63,782 nucleotides of DNA from positions 42,337-106,118 of the forward strand of contig NW_019218399.1 of the NCBI RefSeq assembly GCF_002571385.2. Direction: 5' to 3'. The stretch comes from Stylophora pistillata (taxonomy: Eukaryota). The notes below the pieces were generated by a model. It ran no database searches. It was not told where the DNA came from and saw only the letters and a program-made list of their open reading frames with translations. The translations under genes and the position numbers were made by a program. Below, one piece after another: positions 1 to 13,400 of this stretch (position 1 is its first letter; the number at the start of each line of letters is the position of its first letter).

Positions 1-652
1 CCATCTACACTTTTACTGGAGGTACTTTTGATTAAGAAACTAACTAAAGTCATTCATTGTTTTCAGTCTTGACCCTTTTGATAAAACTCAAGTCTTCAGT
101 GATTTCTTTCCGGGATTTCAAGTGTAAGGTGTTATTCCAGTATTCGAAGATTACTATGACCAAGTAATCCTTTTAATACATAAGCGCAGCTTGATTATAA
201 TGTTGGGGGATGTCAACTCGCTTAGCCAAATTAATCAGGACTTAATCATTGCTAGGACTCTGTACCGTTTTAATTCTCTTCCAAAGGAGTTGACCTCTAC
301 TACAGCGCGCGATGCCTCTTTTCTCTGCTCTAGCGAGAAGTACCCACGTATTCGAGTAGGAAAACACTCGGACATGTTTGGGTTAGCTGACCGTGCGAGT
401 TTCTATAGTGTATCCGTTCTTTTGCAAAAGGGGGGAAACTGGGTGGCCCTCACTGAGGTACTCGGCGAGCGCCAAGGAACCAATTAAACGCTAACAGTCG
501 AGCTGCGCACAAGAATCACGCACGCAGACGGGCACTTCAGTGTAGGTAAAACTCAAGGTCAGCTTTACCAACGCAAACACGACCACCTATGAAACTAATT
601 GTTTCCGATCAAAACAAGCGATTACAATGTCTAACACGGTAATAAGGAAATC

Positions 653-1319
653 NNNNNNNNNNNNNNNNNNNNNNNNNNNNNNNNNNNNNNNNNNNNNNNN
701 NNNNNNNNNNNNNNNNNNNNNNNNNNNNNNNNNNNNNNNNNNNNNNNNNNNNNNNNNNNNNNNNNNNNNNNNNNNNNNNNNNNNNNNNNNNNNNNNNNNN
801 NNNNNNNNNNNNNNNNNNNNNNNNNNNNNNNNNNNNNNNNNNNNNNNNNNNNNNNNNNNNNNNNNNNNNNNNNNNNNNNNNNNNNNNNNNNNNNNNNNNN
901 NNNNNNNNNNNNNNNNNNNNNNNNNNNNNNNNNNNNNNNNNNNNNNNNNNNNNNNNNNNNNNNNNNNNNNNNNNNNNNNNNNNNNNNNNNNNNNNNNNNN
1001 NNNNNNNNNNNNNNNNNNNNNNNNNNNNNNNNNNNNNNNNNNNNNNNNNNNNNNNNNNNNNNNNNNNNNNNNNNNNNNNNNNNNNNNNNNNNNNNNNNNN
1101 NNNNNNNNNNNNNNNNNNNNNNNNNNNNNNNNNNNNNNNNNNNNNNNNNNNNNNNNNNNNNNNNNNNNNNNNNNNNNNNNNNNNNNNNNNNNNNNNNNNN
1201 NNNNNNNNNNNNNNNNNNNNNNNNNNNNNNNNNNNNNNNNNNNNNNNNNNNNNNNNNNNNNNNNNNNNNNNNNNNNNNNNNNNNNNNNNNNNNNNNNNNN
1301 NNNNNNNNNNNNNNNNNNN
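653..1319. other. Assembly gap (run of N)
   Basis: Continuous N bases. Confidence 0.99.
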
Positions 1320-3924
1320 ATCCGCCTGTGCGTGTTAAACTGATTAATGATTAACGCAAAATGTCTACACTTTGAAATGGCAATGGTAGATCGAAGGCGG
1401 CCCGTGGGTTCCCTAACTGAAAACTACTTTCAACGTTCCATGCATGTGAGAAGGAAAAGAATATCTCAAAAAATGCCGATAATATCAGGGTAAGTGGTTC
1501 ATATTTCGTTCTTGCTGAATTCAGATTGGTATCTGGCGCTGGTGCTTTCTGCAAGCAGGCACTAAATAATTTATTTTGAGCACTCGCACAGTTTTAGTGT
1601 TTAGGTTGATGTGAAATATTAAGTGGATAGCACAAGCCCATGTAATTTTTCACGACATGTTCCAAAAGTGTGGTACCGTCATAGTCCTGAATGATTCAAA
1701 TCCTTTCCTAATACCCGAGTCCCGTTCAGGAGATAGTCGGTCCATCTCTTGTTCTAAAAGACTTTATAAATACAATAGAGACAACCTTTGGTCGACCTGA
1801 GGATCGTGCGGTCGGTTCGTCTCAGTTTCTCCACTGGGCGACTCGGCTAGATTTGGAAATTGCTCTGGTAACTGTTTTGTTTTATTTTTTTCTTGTCGTT
1901 TCTCATGCTTACGAATAAGTAGTGGGTATTCCTTTCTCGGGCGACAAGCTTATGTAAATATACATTCGGCCTACGCTGACCAACTACAACTTTTACGTAA
2001 ACCTGGACAAAGCTAAGAAGGTCAACGCAACGGATTCAACATCCTGGCGTATATTTTGTACTCGGAATGTTTAGCAGAATCATTCCTAAGAGATTTGTTC
2101 GTCTTTTTTACGGAGCCCTTATATCAATCTTTTGATACCGTTATATCACCATGAAGTTCATGAGGTTTGCGTCGGTCGAAATTACCGGCACTTTGTGCTT
2201 GAAAGGTACTCCAACCTCTTAGTTGACCAATTTCGTTATTATTCACGGCGTAAGGACAACATATTCTTTATTTCCTCGCTCAATCGCTCGTCAACAGGAA
2301 AATCAAGTATGCATTTCAATAGCTATATAAATCAAAACATTTTGCTAAAAGTGATGTTCAGCTCTACTGTATTTGTTTACTCGAGAGATGCGATCTCGAT
2401 ATCAGTATCTAAAAGGCAATGCGCTCGTGCTTGTTTGGAGAAGTAAAATTTGCATAAGTCAAGGAACGTCAATGCTGGCTTTCTAAAATATGGACACCCG
2501 CCTTTGTTGATGCCTCGTAGAGCGGTAGCCCATAAAAAAAACCCTCTGTCGATCGGCTCCTTTGAACCCCACGCTTTGGACGTGAGAAATATGTAAAAAA
2601 AAATGCCAAATAATTATCTGAAATAAAAATGAATTAGGAAACATCACGTCAAGTCAAAATAAGCTAAAACAGAAACCAGTAACCGCTCTATGTTTTGCTA
2701 AGTAAAAGTATGATTCACCTGATGGAGCTCAAGATCCGCCTGTGCGTGTTAAACTGATTAATGATTAACGCAAAATGTCTACACTTTGAAATGGCAATGG
2801 CAGATCGAAGGTGTCCCGTGGGTTCCCTAACTGAAAACTACTTTCAACGTTCCATGCATGTGAGAAGGAAAAGAATATCTTAAAAAATGCCGATAATATC
2901 AGGGTAAGTGGTTCATATTTCGTTCTTGCTGAATTCAGATTGGTATCTGGCGCTGGTGCTTTCTGCAAGCAGGCACTAAATAATTTATTTTGAGCACTCG
3001 CACAGTTTTAGTGTTTAGGTTGATGTGAAATATTAAGTGGATAGCACAAGCCCATGTAATTTTTCACGACATGTTCCAAAAGTGTGGTACCGTCATAGTC
3101 CTGAATGATTCAAATCCTTTCCTAATACCCGAGTCCCGTTCAGGAGATAGTCGGTCCATCTCTTGTTCTAAAAGACTTTATAAATACAATGGAGACAGCC
3201 TTTGGTCGACCTGAGGATCGTGCGGTGGGTTCGTCTCAGTTTCTCCACTGGGCGACTCGGCTAGATTTGGAAATTGCTCTGGTAACTGTTTTGTTTTATT
3301 TTTTTTTTGTCGTTTCTCATGCTTACGAATAAGTAGTTGGTATTCCTTTCTCGGGCGACAAGCTTATGTAAATATACATTCGGCCTACGCTGACCAACTA
3401 CAACTTTTACGTAAACCTGGACAAAGCTAAGAAGGTCAACGCAACGGATTCAACATCCTGGCGTATATTTTGTACTCGGAATGTTTAGCAGAATCATTCC
3501 TAAGAGATTTGTTCGTCTTTTTTACGGAGCCCTTATATCAATCTTTTGATACCGTTATATCACCATGAAGTTCATGAGGTTTGCGTCGGTCGATATTACC
3601 GGCACTTTGTGCTTGAAAGGTACTCCAACCTCTTAGTTGACCAATTTCGTTATTATTCACGGCGTAAGGACAACATATTCTTTATTTCCTCGCTCAATCG
3701 CTCGTCAACAGGAAAATCAAGTATGCATTTCAATAGCTATATAAATCAAAACATTTTGCTAAAAGTGATGTTCAGCTCTACTGTATTTGTTTACTCGAGA
3801 GATGCGATCTCGATATCAGTATCTAAAAGGCAATGCGCTCGTGCTTGTTTGGAGAAGTAAAATTTGCATAAGTCAAGGAACGTCAATGCTGGCTTTCTAA
3901 AATATGGACACCCGCCTTTGTTGA
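1320..3924. repeat. Direct duplication, period 1414 bp (1320-2510 and 2734-3924)
   Basis: Two 1191-bp copies at a constant offset of 1414, with about 10 substitutions seen by eye and no indels. The duplicated ORFs 1351/2765 and 2132/3546 confirm the offset. Confidence 0.95.
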
Positions 3925-4174
3925 CCCAGTTTTGCATTACTAAGACAGTTACTGGGCGACTAGTTTACTTTGAGTTCACCTGCTACTTGTCTTTGCAACT
4001 AAATAAACTGTGGAAATTGCACCCTTTCAAATTTGTAATCATTGTGCTGTTGTTTACCTAGCCTGGACACAGTCTACAGTCTAGATCAACAAAACCGCAT
4101 TTAAAAGTTTAGTTCTGAGCAGATGTATCGAAACGTTAAATTTTGTGAACGGAGTTAGGAAGGTTTAAAGCTAT

Positions 4175-4262
4175 GTCAGACGAAGGGCTGACGCTCTAAA
4201 TGTCAACTTTAGAAACTTTATACGGAGATCAGTTTACATTACCAGCTCAGTTGATAAAACAA
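4175..4262 (+). mobile_element. Degenerate Penelope-like pLTR fragment with decayed hammerhead motif
   Basis: cagacgaagggctgacgctctaaatgtcaactt...cagttgataaaac is a diverged match to the copies at 7364 and 24858. Confidence 0.6.
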
Positions 4263-7200
4263 AAGTATCTGAAAAAAAGAGAGCGTTTTATTCGCTTCAA
4301 CAAGCCTTTCTTGACTGGGGACGTCGAAGTTCTTAAAACTAGGGCCTGAGCCGTTAGACTTGGTGTGAATATACATGTTGCGACAGTAGCTTTTAAGGGG
4401 ATTAGCCCCTACTAGAAGAAAAACAAAAGAGAGAGAGAGGAGCGCCTGTATCTTGAACTTCTGTATGCCTTCATTGTAGTTCAACTGGTATTTTTGACTG
4501 TTTTCAGCCTACTTCTTAACTGATCTCTGAGCCGGCTAAGTTGTTGCTGACATTTTTTTGAAGTAACCTTCCAGAGAAGAACTGACGGGCGTTCATGAAA
4601 CGATAATTAACCTATTAGGCTAGCGTGCTGCTTTTCACAGTAGTTCGCAACCGTACTACGCTTGCGTAAGAGGATGGTTAGCATATTCACTACGCACTGT
4701 CAAAATCTCTTTAGTGACAAATTTTCAATATCGTTTGTGGGTTGCCTCGTCTAAATAAACCAACGTCAGCAATATGAAAATTACTAGGTACGATTTTATT
4801 GAGAAACATTTAAGTTTAACAATAGTGCGTGTACAAAAATTCAAGGTAACTACGCGATTACAGTCTAAAACAAAAGCAGAGAGTGGATTTGCGGACACAA
4901 AGGACTACCTATTAAAACACATACCTTGCGGGATACTCGTTAGTATTCGCGTTCCACTAATGGAGTAACACCTTACAAGTTGTGAAATGATGACCACAAT
5001 AGAAGTATTCTTTGTTAGGTACGCTGAAAAAAAGGCGAGTGATCATAGTACTTAAATTCTAGACTTTCCCACAAAGAAACACATTTTCCAGTACGAATTA
5101 TCGAAAGACTAGTATTAGGTAAAAAAAAGTCAAGACTGAAACTAATCAAAAAGCTTCTTAATTAAAGCTATCTCCGGAAAAATCAAGTTGATATTAGCAT
5201 ATATATCAAGTCGTTCATTGTCATTCAACTAAAGCGGAAACAAATTTCCCAGACAGCTGCAATTAAATGAGTGATCGCACGTACGTATATATACTTAAAA
5301 AACGAATCCCAAATTCAAATCATTGCCATTAACATTAAGTTTGTATGTACATTGTGTACACTTGTCGTCGACGATCGACTTATGCAACACGTGCCTATCA
5401 AAGGGATGAGCGATGTCTAAGTAAACTTGACGCTGAGTTCACAAAACAGAATACAAAATCGAATTTGATAAGTTCTAGCCCGTACATGAAATTGTATTCT
5501 CTGACAAAGTATAAGTAACTGGATGCCACGACCAGGAGTATCTTATTTTTCAAATGAACTGATAACAAAACTGATATAAGTCCCGTGGTATAAAACTGAT
5601 ATAATTTGAGCTGACTTGAGCAGATGTGATTTAACACGTGGCTTCGCCATTGATATACTCTTGACAATAACATTCATCATACATGAACCATCAAACAAGT
5701 AATACGAAACTGTCAAACTTATTTCACCTAGAACCAAGTTTTCGTAACTACTGATTTATAAGAAAATCTCAGGGAGCAGCAACCAGAAGGGGAGAACTGA
5801 TAATCAGATCTTGGGAATTTTAAAAAGGGTTAAAGTGATCCCTTAGTATTGCAATGGCACCAAATTCACATAATCGGGTGAATAATCGCGCGCGCATTCC
5901 AAGAACTCTCGAACGAGTCCGGTGACCTATAATTTTTATTACACAATTTTGGCGTACAAATTATCCCCTTTAAATAGGAGAAATTAAGAGTAAATAAATC
6001 GAAGGGAAAAAAGATATAGCTAAAAGCGTGCAAAAAAGCCCGTTACTCGAGGACGCAAATTATTGCGTTGAAAGCAACCACTCGAGGAACGTTTCAAGTC
6101 GATGTCGTTTAAAATTGCTTGATTTTCCACAGATTATATATCAAATTGTCCATGGTCTTGAGACGTTCTACTTATCAAGTTGTTTTTCAAGTGTTATTTC
6201 AAAAACCTTTTCTTCCAGTTGCCACAAAATATACCGTAAACCGACGAAATGACGCGCGTGATAAGTGCCAGTACAAGGACAGGGGCAAGTTTGGCTTGTG
6301 GTATTTCTTAAGAAAGCACAGTGACCCATCTCTTTATGTGCATTTTTGTAAACAGACTTTGGAAGGGAACATTTAAGAAAAGTTCAAAAAAACTTCTTCC
6401 ATGATTTTTTTTTTGTCGATGAATCACCTTAATCTACACATGTGTTTAGAAAGTTCATTCAGTACATCCTCCTTTTCCCTGTATTTATCAATAAGACATA
6501 AACGTTATAGGAAATGTTGTTGTTCATCGTGGTTTTGTAGTTAAATGAACCTTAAGTTGTTTGTCTCACGTTGTAGAGTCAGTATATCACGGGACTCCAG
6601 CCTGCAAGGCTGGCGTCTTATCAGAGCGTCTTAACGTTACAAGCTTGCTCGCTATTTTATTCAACCGACCATTTTGTATTTAGTTGAAGTGGACAGTAGA
6701 GGAGGGGGTGGGGGAAAATTTAACGATAATCAGTTATTGCCTCACTCCTCCACTCTCCTTTGTTTGACCGTCAATCACCCCTTTGGTACAAATTTATTTC
6801 TAGCTCTTCCGCTGCCGTAAGAATCAAAGATGGCAGCTATGATTTTCACCAAGAGAATACTATATAATCGCACGCCAAAATTATGGCTGCTCTGCAAGCT
6901 GGCCTGACTCTACATCTAAGACAAAAGATTCATTAACGTTCATTTATATCACATAAACTGAGTTTTGTTTGTCCAATCTTGCATAATCCTGATTTGGTGC
7001 CAATTCGGCCCATTTGTGACACTGCTAGCTAAATATTGATAGTATAGTATGTCATTGGTTGATTGTTAATATGAAATTCTGTATTTACCCTTTTAAACTC
7101 CAGAGGGTAACTAGCATCTAGTTGCTCTTTACATTAGCACTACTAACTCAAAAACGAAGGTTACGAGAAAACAGGAAACTTGACTACCCAGTCAAGAAGC

Positions 7201-7311
7201 TCTTCACGGTTAGGCAAATTCTTCCCGTAACTACCATAGGAAACGTTTAGAAAGCCGTATGGAGAATAAACACACTTATGTTAGGGTGTAGTATAGAGAG
7301 TGAATTCCAGC

Positions 7312-7525
7312 CTTTTCTATTAGAGTAATTTTGGTTTCTCAACTGAGTTTTATCAACTTCGATCCGACGAAGGCCTAAGGCTCGAAACGTCAGCCTTGAA
7401 ACTCTTTACGGTGGCCAATGTACTTTATCATCTCAGTGGATAAAACCAGAATTATATCTTGTTACCCCCATCTATACAGCACCACAGTTTCTTCAGAAAA
7501 TTATCCCCTTTATACACTTTTCTAT
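7312..7525 (+). mobile_element. Non-autonomous Penelope-like insertion (pLTR with hammerhead motif, inverted 5' piece, 9-bp TSD)
   Basis: ccgacgaaggcctaaggctcgaaacgtcagc at 7364-7394; CTTTTCTAT direct repeats at 7312-7320 and 7517-7525; 7326-7357 is an inverted copy of part of 7432-7453. Confidence 0.7.
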
Positions 7526-9246
7526 AAAAGTTGGGTAAAAATGTCGTCGCTAATTTATGAAAAGTATTGAACATATTCGTGAGGCTAGGCCATGGTGATA
7601 TAGGTGGTTCAACTTGATTTGCTTATTATTATTATTATTTTTTTGTTGTTGTTGTTCTTCTGGTTTGTTTATTTTCTTTTAAAAAATCATGTTAACTTAA
7701 AATGAGACAGAGTTTGATGGACGACGGTGGGGTTTTCGGACCCTGATCCTGGTGGTATTGTTGAACAATCGAGCAAAAGTTTCTTTTTTTTAGCTAACAG
7801 TCATTTAATTTCTTTTATTCTCATGTATGATTCAGAGGTGATACGCATGCTGTAAGGAGAAATTAAATAGCAGTCACTCTTAGTGGTTTAAAGTTAAACT
7901 ATTCAATGTTTTTTTGTTTTTGTTTTTTTTTTTTGGGAACGTGTGATAACTAATTCAGTAACTCGTAGGGTAAAGTCCTTCAAGGGTGGTCAACCTTTCA
8001 ACCCCACAAGTGTCTTGATATCGATGAATACAGTTTTCTCACGGAAAGAATGTCTTTAATTTTTTTTTATTCATTTGCACTGTTTTTTTGTTTTTTTGTT
8101 TTTTTGTTTTTTTGTTTTTTTGTTTTTTTTGTTTTAAATATAATTCAGTTCTCTGATAATCTTGAAGAGCGACGAAAGCTCGAACACTTGTTTTCTCTAT
8201 TCGTTTTTAATATTTATAATTCGGCCTAACCGAAAACTATTTGTACTTCTCTTCTGTTTTGTTGACTTTTATATTTACAGTTTAGGGTCTCGCCAGGGTA
8301 TTTCGACCAATCTGTCTTTAATTGAAAGTAAAACCCTGGAGGTAAAAAAAGGTGTATGAGTTTATTATTCGCCTCTCAAAACATTTCGAAATGCTAGTGG
8401 AATAATGATAAGTCGCTTCGAAGTTCCGTTAAAAACTACAGTCATTGCGTCCTTTAGATGTTGAGATATACCAATATTGATTTAATGCTTGTGAAACAGG
8501 AAACTTTTGAATGCCGGAACAATGCAGAACAAAGCAAGCTGACTGCGCTGAATAACAAAAGCAATAACGCGTTTAAGACAACTGCACTTTTGTTTTGCGC
8601 AAAAGCGGAAAACGTACAAATTAAAGAATTTGCATGTGCGTTTGCCATGGTCCTCTGAGCTGTACTGTACATATATTCAAAAAAAGTAAAGAAAGAAAAG
8701 AAATTGATGAAACCACTAAAACAATACGAAAAACTTTTGAAAAATGATAATGCGAGCGAAAATGTGATATTTGTTTAAAACAGCAAGGTTTCAATCGCCG
8801 AATCATTTAAGCTTGAGAGGAAAATAAAGGTTCCATACAGTTCGTCTTCCAGCGTGGTTAACTATTTTGAAAATCGTATTACCTCCATTCAAAATTGATC
8901 TTAGCAGGCTCGATTTCTTCAGCTCCTCTCAACTGAAGTAAACAGGTAAACGAAAGAAAATGTGTCTGCTCTGTGACTTTTTGTGAGATCTGAGTGTGTG
9001 CAAACTCTAAGGACATTAGCTGTATAAAATCGGTACACTGGTAAAAGGTTCTAAGAAAATTTTAAAATCTCAACTTTGTTGTGACGAACTAAAGCTTTCA
9101 TAGTAGGAAAAGTGCTGTGGAAAATTTCACAACGAGCACGAATAATATAGAAAAATACAAATTTTCATCAATTTTATTACCAACAAGGTCTTGGCCGTTA
9201 GTGCTAAGTACGACATTATTTCAAGTATTTTCTTTGTTTTGGTCTT

Positions 9247-9248
9247 TG

Positions 9249-9303
<55 letters not shown>

Positions 9304-9331
9304 GTGTGTGTGTTTGTGTGCGCGCGCGTGT
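9247..9331. repeat. (TG)n/(CG)n microsatellite
   Basis: Alternating purine-pyrimidine tract read directly. Confidence 0.95.
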
Positions 9332-9444
9332 CAAATTATTGTTGAATGCTACAATATTGCACCAATATCGTCAAACGCCTTGACAACGAAGGACCTAAAC
9401 AGTTGATCTGGCACCATTTGATAGGTTGGCAGCCGCGACTCTTG

Positions 9445-9456
9445 TTGGCGGGAAAA
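9445..9456 (+). promoter_or_regulatory. E2F consensus site in putative promoter of the TASOR/TEX15-like gene
   Basis: TTGGCGGGAAAA lies about 200 bp upstream of a donor-like site (ctg|gtaagg, 9653) of a probable non-coding first exon. Confidence 0.4.
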
Positions 9457-10409
9457 TTTGCCCTAGTGTGACGTTGACAAACCGACCACAACCATCTTGT
9501 CGAAATTTTCAGGTTTTGTCTGAAGCAAGTTGTCACTGAAGCGTTTTTCCTCTTTTTATCTCTTGTCGAAATCGGAATACAAGTTGACGGTCTTGTTTGA
9601 AGGCTTTTGAACATCTTACTGAATGCAACTGTGGTAGATTTTGGCTATTCTGGTAAGGTCTACGGAATAATTTTCTATGATTTCGCTGCCGCTTCAGCCA
9701 TTTATACTTAGCTTGGCTCCAATGCGAGTCAATTTTGTAGGAAAAACTGAAATCCTTTTGTTCCGATTATCTTACACAAAGCCTTATCTCAAGGGGAAAT
9801 ATTTTGAAGGAGAATTATTGTATTGCTATTGTTTGCCAAAGCGTTAGTCGCAAATTTCGCTACAAAGTCATTATTTACATGGAGGTTTACGCACTGTGTT
9901 TAGAAGAATTGTGCTTAAACTATTCGCTTTTAGAGTCGCAGCTTTCCCTTTTCTTCTCCTTTTTACCCTTAATTTGCATGTAAATGTTTTCAACTGACAG
10001 TTTTATTTTATTGAAAGGACTTCAAGTTATTTTATTGCATGAAAGAAGCGAGTGAAATTCACGATCTGTGTCGAAATGTCTGGTCGTTGCGTAGCTCAAT
10101 TCCGTCTGTTTGTGTAAGGATTACGTCATTGTTCGGTTATAAGTAAAACGAAACAGGTGCCCTTATGAAAATGTATATTAAAGGTGTATATGTCAGATAT
10201 GTTTTTTTTTGTGTGTATGAGTTTAATTGTTGAAGCTTTTGCGTGGAAATTTGCATGGTAAGGTTCTAAATATGCGAGCTTCTCACCTGCTGCACTTATA
10301 ACACTGTTTCCTTCTCGCTTTCTTTGATCGAGGTTTAAACTTCAAATTTAAAGTGTGTTTTAATTGATATTTTCATTCTTTTCCAAGTCATTCAAGTTTG
10401 GCCGTGGAA

Positions 10410-13400
10410 ATGGCAGATATTCGAGATCCTAGTTGGTCTTTCAAAGCATACACAATCCCACGGAAAGAAAGAAGGCCTTCAGAAGGTATTATATTTTGTC
10501 GTACCCAAATTGAGAATTTTATTGAATTGATGATTGACATCGCTTTCCCGTGGGTTCTCCACCGTAGACAAAATATTTATCAGCTAATACTTCAGTATCT
10601 TACCTTAACATAAGGCCGGTCTCGTGAATGTGAAGAAAAGTAGGTTTACTGATTCGGTTTAACTTGACTGAGTAAAACTGAAATGTTGGTCTCCTATATT
10701 GAAGTTTTACTATTTTTTATATCTCTAAAATGACATCTTAAACATAGCTGTGTGATGTTTTGTTTTTCTAATGTTGTTGTAGTCAGTCACAAAACAGTAG
10801 AATCTGAAAATGTACGTGCTTGGCACCAAAAATAAATTCGAAATTAAATGCCAAGAAAATCTAACTTGTTATGGAATATGGTTGAAAGTGAAAATGTCAT
10901 TTAATTAAGTCTGGGAGAACTTGATATACGAGTTTCCTATTCCACTGTAGCTGAGCAGTTTCATATTTGAAGACAACACGAAAACCGTAACCCCTATAAA
11001 CCGACCGTTGAAACACTAAGGTGACTTAAATCCGTCTGCTTGTTGGTTTTTTTTTTGATAAAATAGTTATATTATTACACCATCTCATTTCTTATGAAAA
11101 CATTTAGATGGTCGGAATTTAGTTGGTACCTTTTCAAGTTTCTTTTTTTATTGATCTTTTATTTTGTAAGAATTCTGGATATTCTTGAAGAAAAAGCGCT
11201 GATTTAACGTTTACAGCTCATGAACATGTAGCTGACAACGTTTCGATAATGTCAATGTGATTCCAGTAATATTTAATTTGAATTCCGACCATTCACCCGG
11301 TGTACATTTCAATTTCTACCTCCACTGGCAAAATATCCAAATATTAAAAAACATCCATACAAACGAGGTATTTTCATGCGTGACTAACCAGTGAAGTTCC
11401 TAAATACTGAACTCCCTTTCATACAAACAAAAATTTCGAGCTAACTGGCTTGTTTTATCACCAAAGCATAATTTTAATCTCCATGACGTGGTTAAGTGAG
11501 GCATCGAACGCACGCTCATGAATACTTGTAATTGATTAAAAGTTTACTTAACGTCTCAATTTCTCTGAGGGCCCACCTGCAAAAGTCGTGACTTGTGGTA
11601 GATTAGAGCAACAATATGCTAAATAGATGTTAGTAGCGCTCACAGCTTTTCAACCCTGTCCTTACTTTAGATTAAAAAACAATTCCGTGTTTATGTAAAT
11701 TTACTCCAGAGAGAACCAGCGACAAATTATGTTTACTTTTCCAGATGAGGCCTGTCTCTGCAGAATTAGTGGGCCAATGAAATTTTTGCCGTTTAATTTG
11801 TTTTGTGTTTGCTAAGAAAGAAATGTGAATAAATGAATGAATAAATATTAAGAAAAAAGAAGCTTTCGACGGGTTTTCGACTTTGCAAAAAATCATGAGT
11901 TCTCAGTAAGCATTAGTAATTCTGCGCGCATGCTCTGTCTGTATAGGTAATCACATGATATTGAGGGAAATTTGAAACAAACAGATGCGAGTACTTTTTT
12001 CTCTTTTTTCAAATATCAACAAATTACTCCAACCCTTAGGGCGAGTGAATTCTTGAATGTTTGAAAAAATACGAGTGCTTGTTTACACCAAATTGCACGT
12101 GATTGACTTACAAGTGGAATATTAAGCAGAGGCAAAATTCACGAATCGCGTGTAAATGTTCTGTTACTTAAACCCTGCAAATGTCAATTAACGTTCGGTC
12201 AAAGCAACAGCGACAACTCAAAACAAAAACCACGTGAAGAATGTTTTGATTTCTTTGTTTTTAGAAGTTTTAAGCCACATAGAAGCTCTAAGTCCTGTTT
12301 AACAATTTATTACCTTTTTATGCACCAGCTTAATTTTTTCTGCTCTGTACGATCTCTTTAATTCTTTGTGCTGCTTGAAAACTGCATTTTTCTAAGCCGA
12401 TTAGAATGAAGGAATTAAGATTAGTTAGAGGGCCTTTCGATCAAGTGTCGTAAGCCAAATTGATAACGACAGCCAATCTTAGCATCTTACCAAGCCAATA
12501 AAAGGTCAGAGCTAAAAACAAAATAGCTTTATAACCAAACAAACTGTCTAGACAGTGATGAAGTCGTGGTTAGTTTTAATTCTCTTATTGATTTACGGAG
12601 AACTGAGTTTGGCCGAGTTATCTTGGAAAAAAGACAGAACGAAGTGAAGCAAAACCATTTCAATTCCGAATCGGTTCCAAAGTGAACTCAAGCTAATTTT
12701 GTTTCAGACTGTCAATACGTTTTACCAGTGAACTCCCGAGAGGCAAAAGAAATCGAACAAAGTATCAAGCGGCTAACATGGGACACTAACGACCTCGTCG
12801 ATCGAGTTGTCAGCATCTCTTACATAAAGAAGGTAGACAATCTAGTCTTAGAGCGAGAATATCATGAAAAAAGAGCGTCAATGCGGGACGAGGGAAGATT
12901 ACCCAAGGAGCTCTCGCAACAGTTAGCGTTCTGTGTTGAGACAGAAGATTGTCGTGTTAGGGATATTTGTCGGATAGGTTTGGTTTGCGATGGTGTCGAC
13001 CACACCCTTGGCGATGGATACATGGGTGTGACCGTGTGGAGGTGTCCGGACTTGTGTCTCAGAGCGTTTAGGTGGCCCACTTCTGGAACTGCGTACCTAA
13101 TGGTATTTAAGGTAGGTGTGTACATTACCATCTAAGGAGTAGGGCACGAAAATCCAGCAAAGATCTGATGTGCAGGAGTGAAAACAGAAATGGGAAACTA
13201 CCTTGTGCTCTTAAAGCACGTAAGGTCCATTAGGTCTTTTTGCTTCTTGCCAATTATTTCTCGCTAAAGGAGAACAAAAATGAAAGAGAAATGCTATGCA
13301 CGTTCTTTCTTCTCCAAACTGAACTCTTGGGTAATTTTGAAGGGTTCAGAAAATAGAGGACGTGAAAAAAAGTAGAATCTGAACTATTCAGCTAAACTTC

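Noticed and set aside
150-487. 98-aa ORF (+) and a minus-strand LKGLLGHSNL peptide resembling a recombinase or kinase motif
   Set aside because: No further motifs, flanked by stops; likely chance.
627-1343. 238-aa ORF
   Set aside because: Artefact of translating the N gap.
8160-8190. TGAAGAGC-GACGAAA-GCTCGAA hammerhead-like string
   Set aside because: Core is incomplete (no CUGA start, no GAAA-NUH); at most a dead remnant.
9117-9406. VC-repeat ORFs
   Set aside because: Translations of the (TG)n microsatellite.
10884-10893. Perfect GAAAGTGAAA in an intron of the TASOR-like gene (another at ~28123)
   Set aside because: Isolated hits in AT-rich DNA, one inside a MITE; consistent with background.
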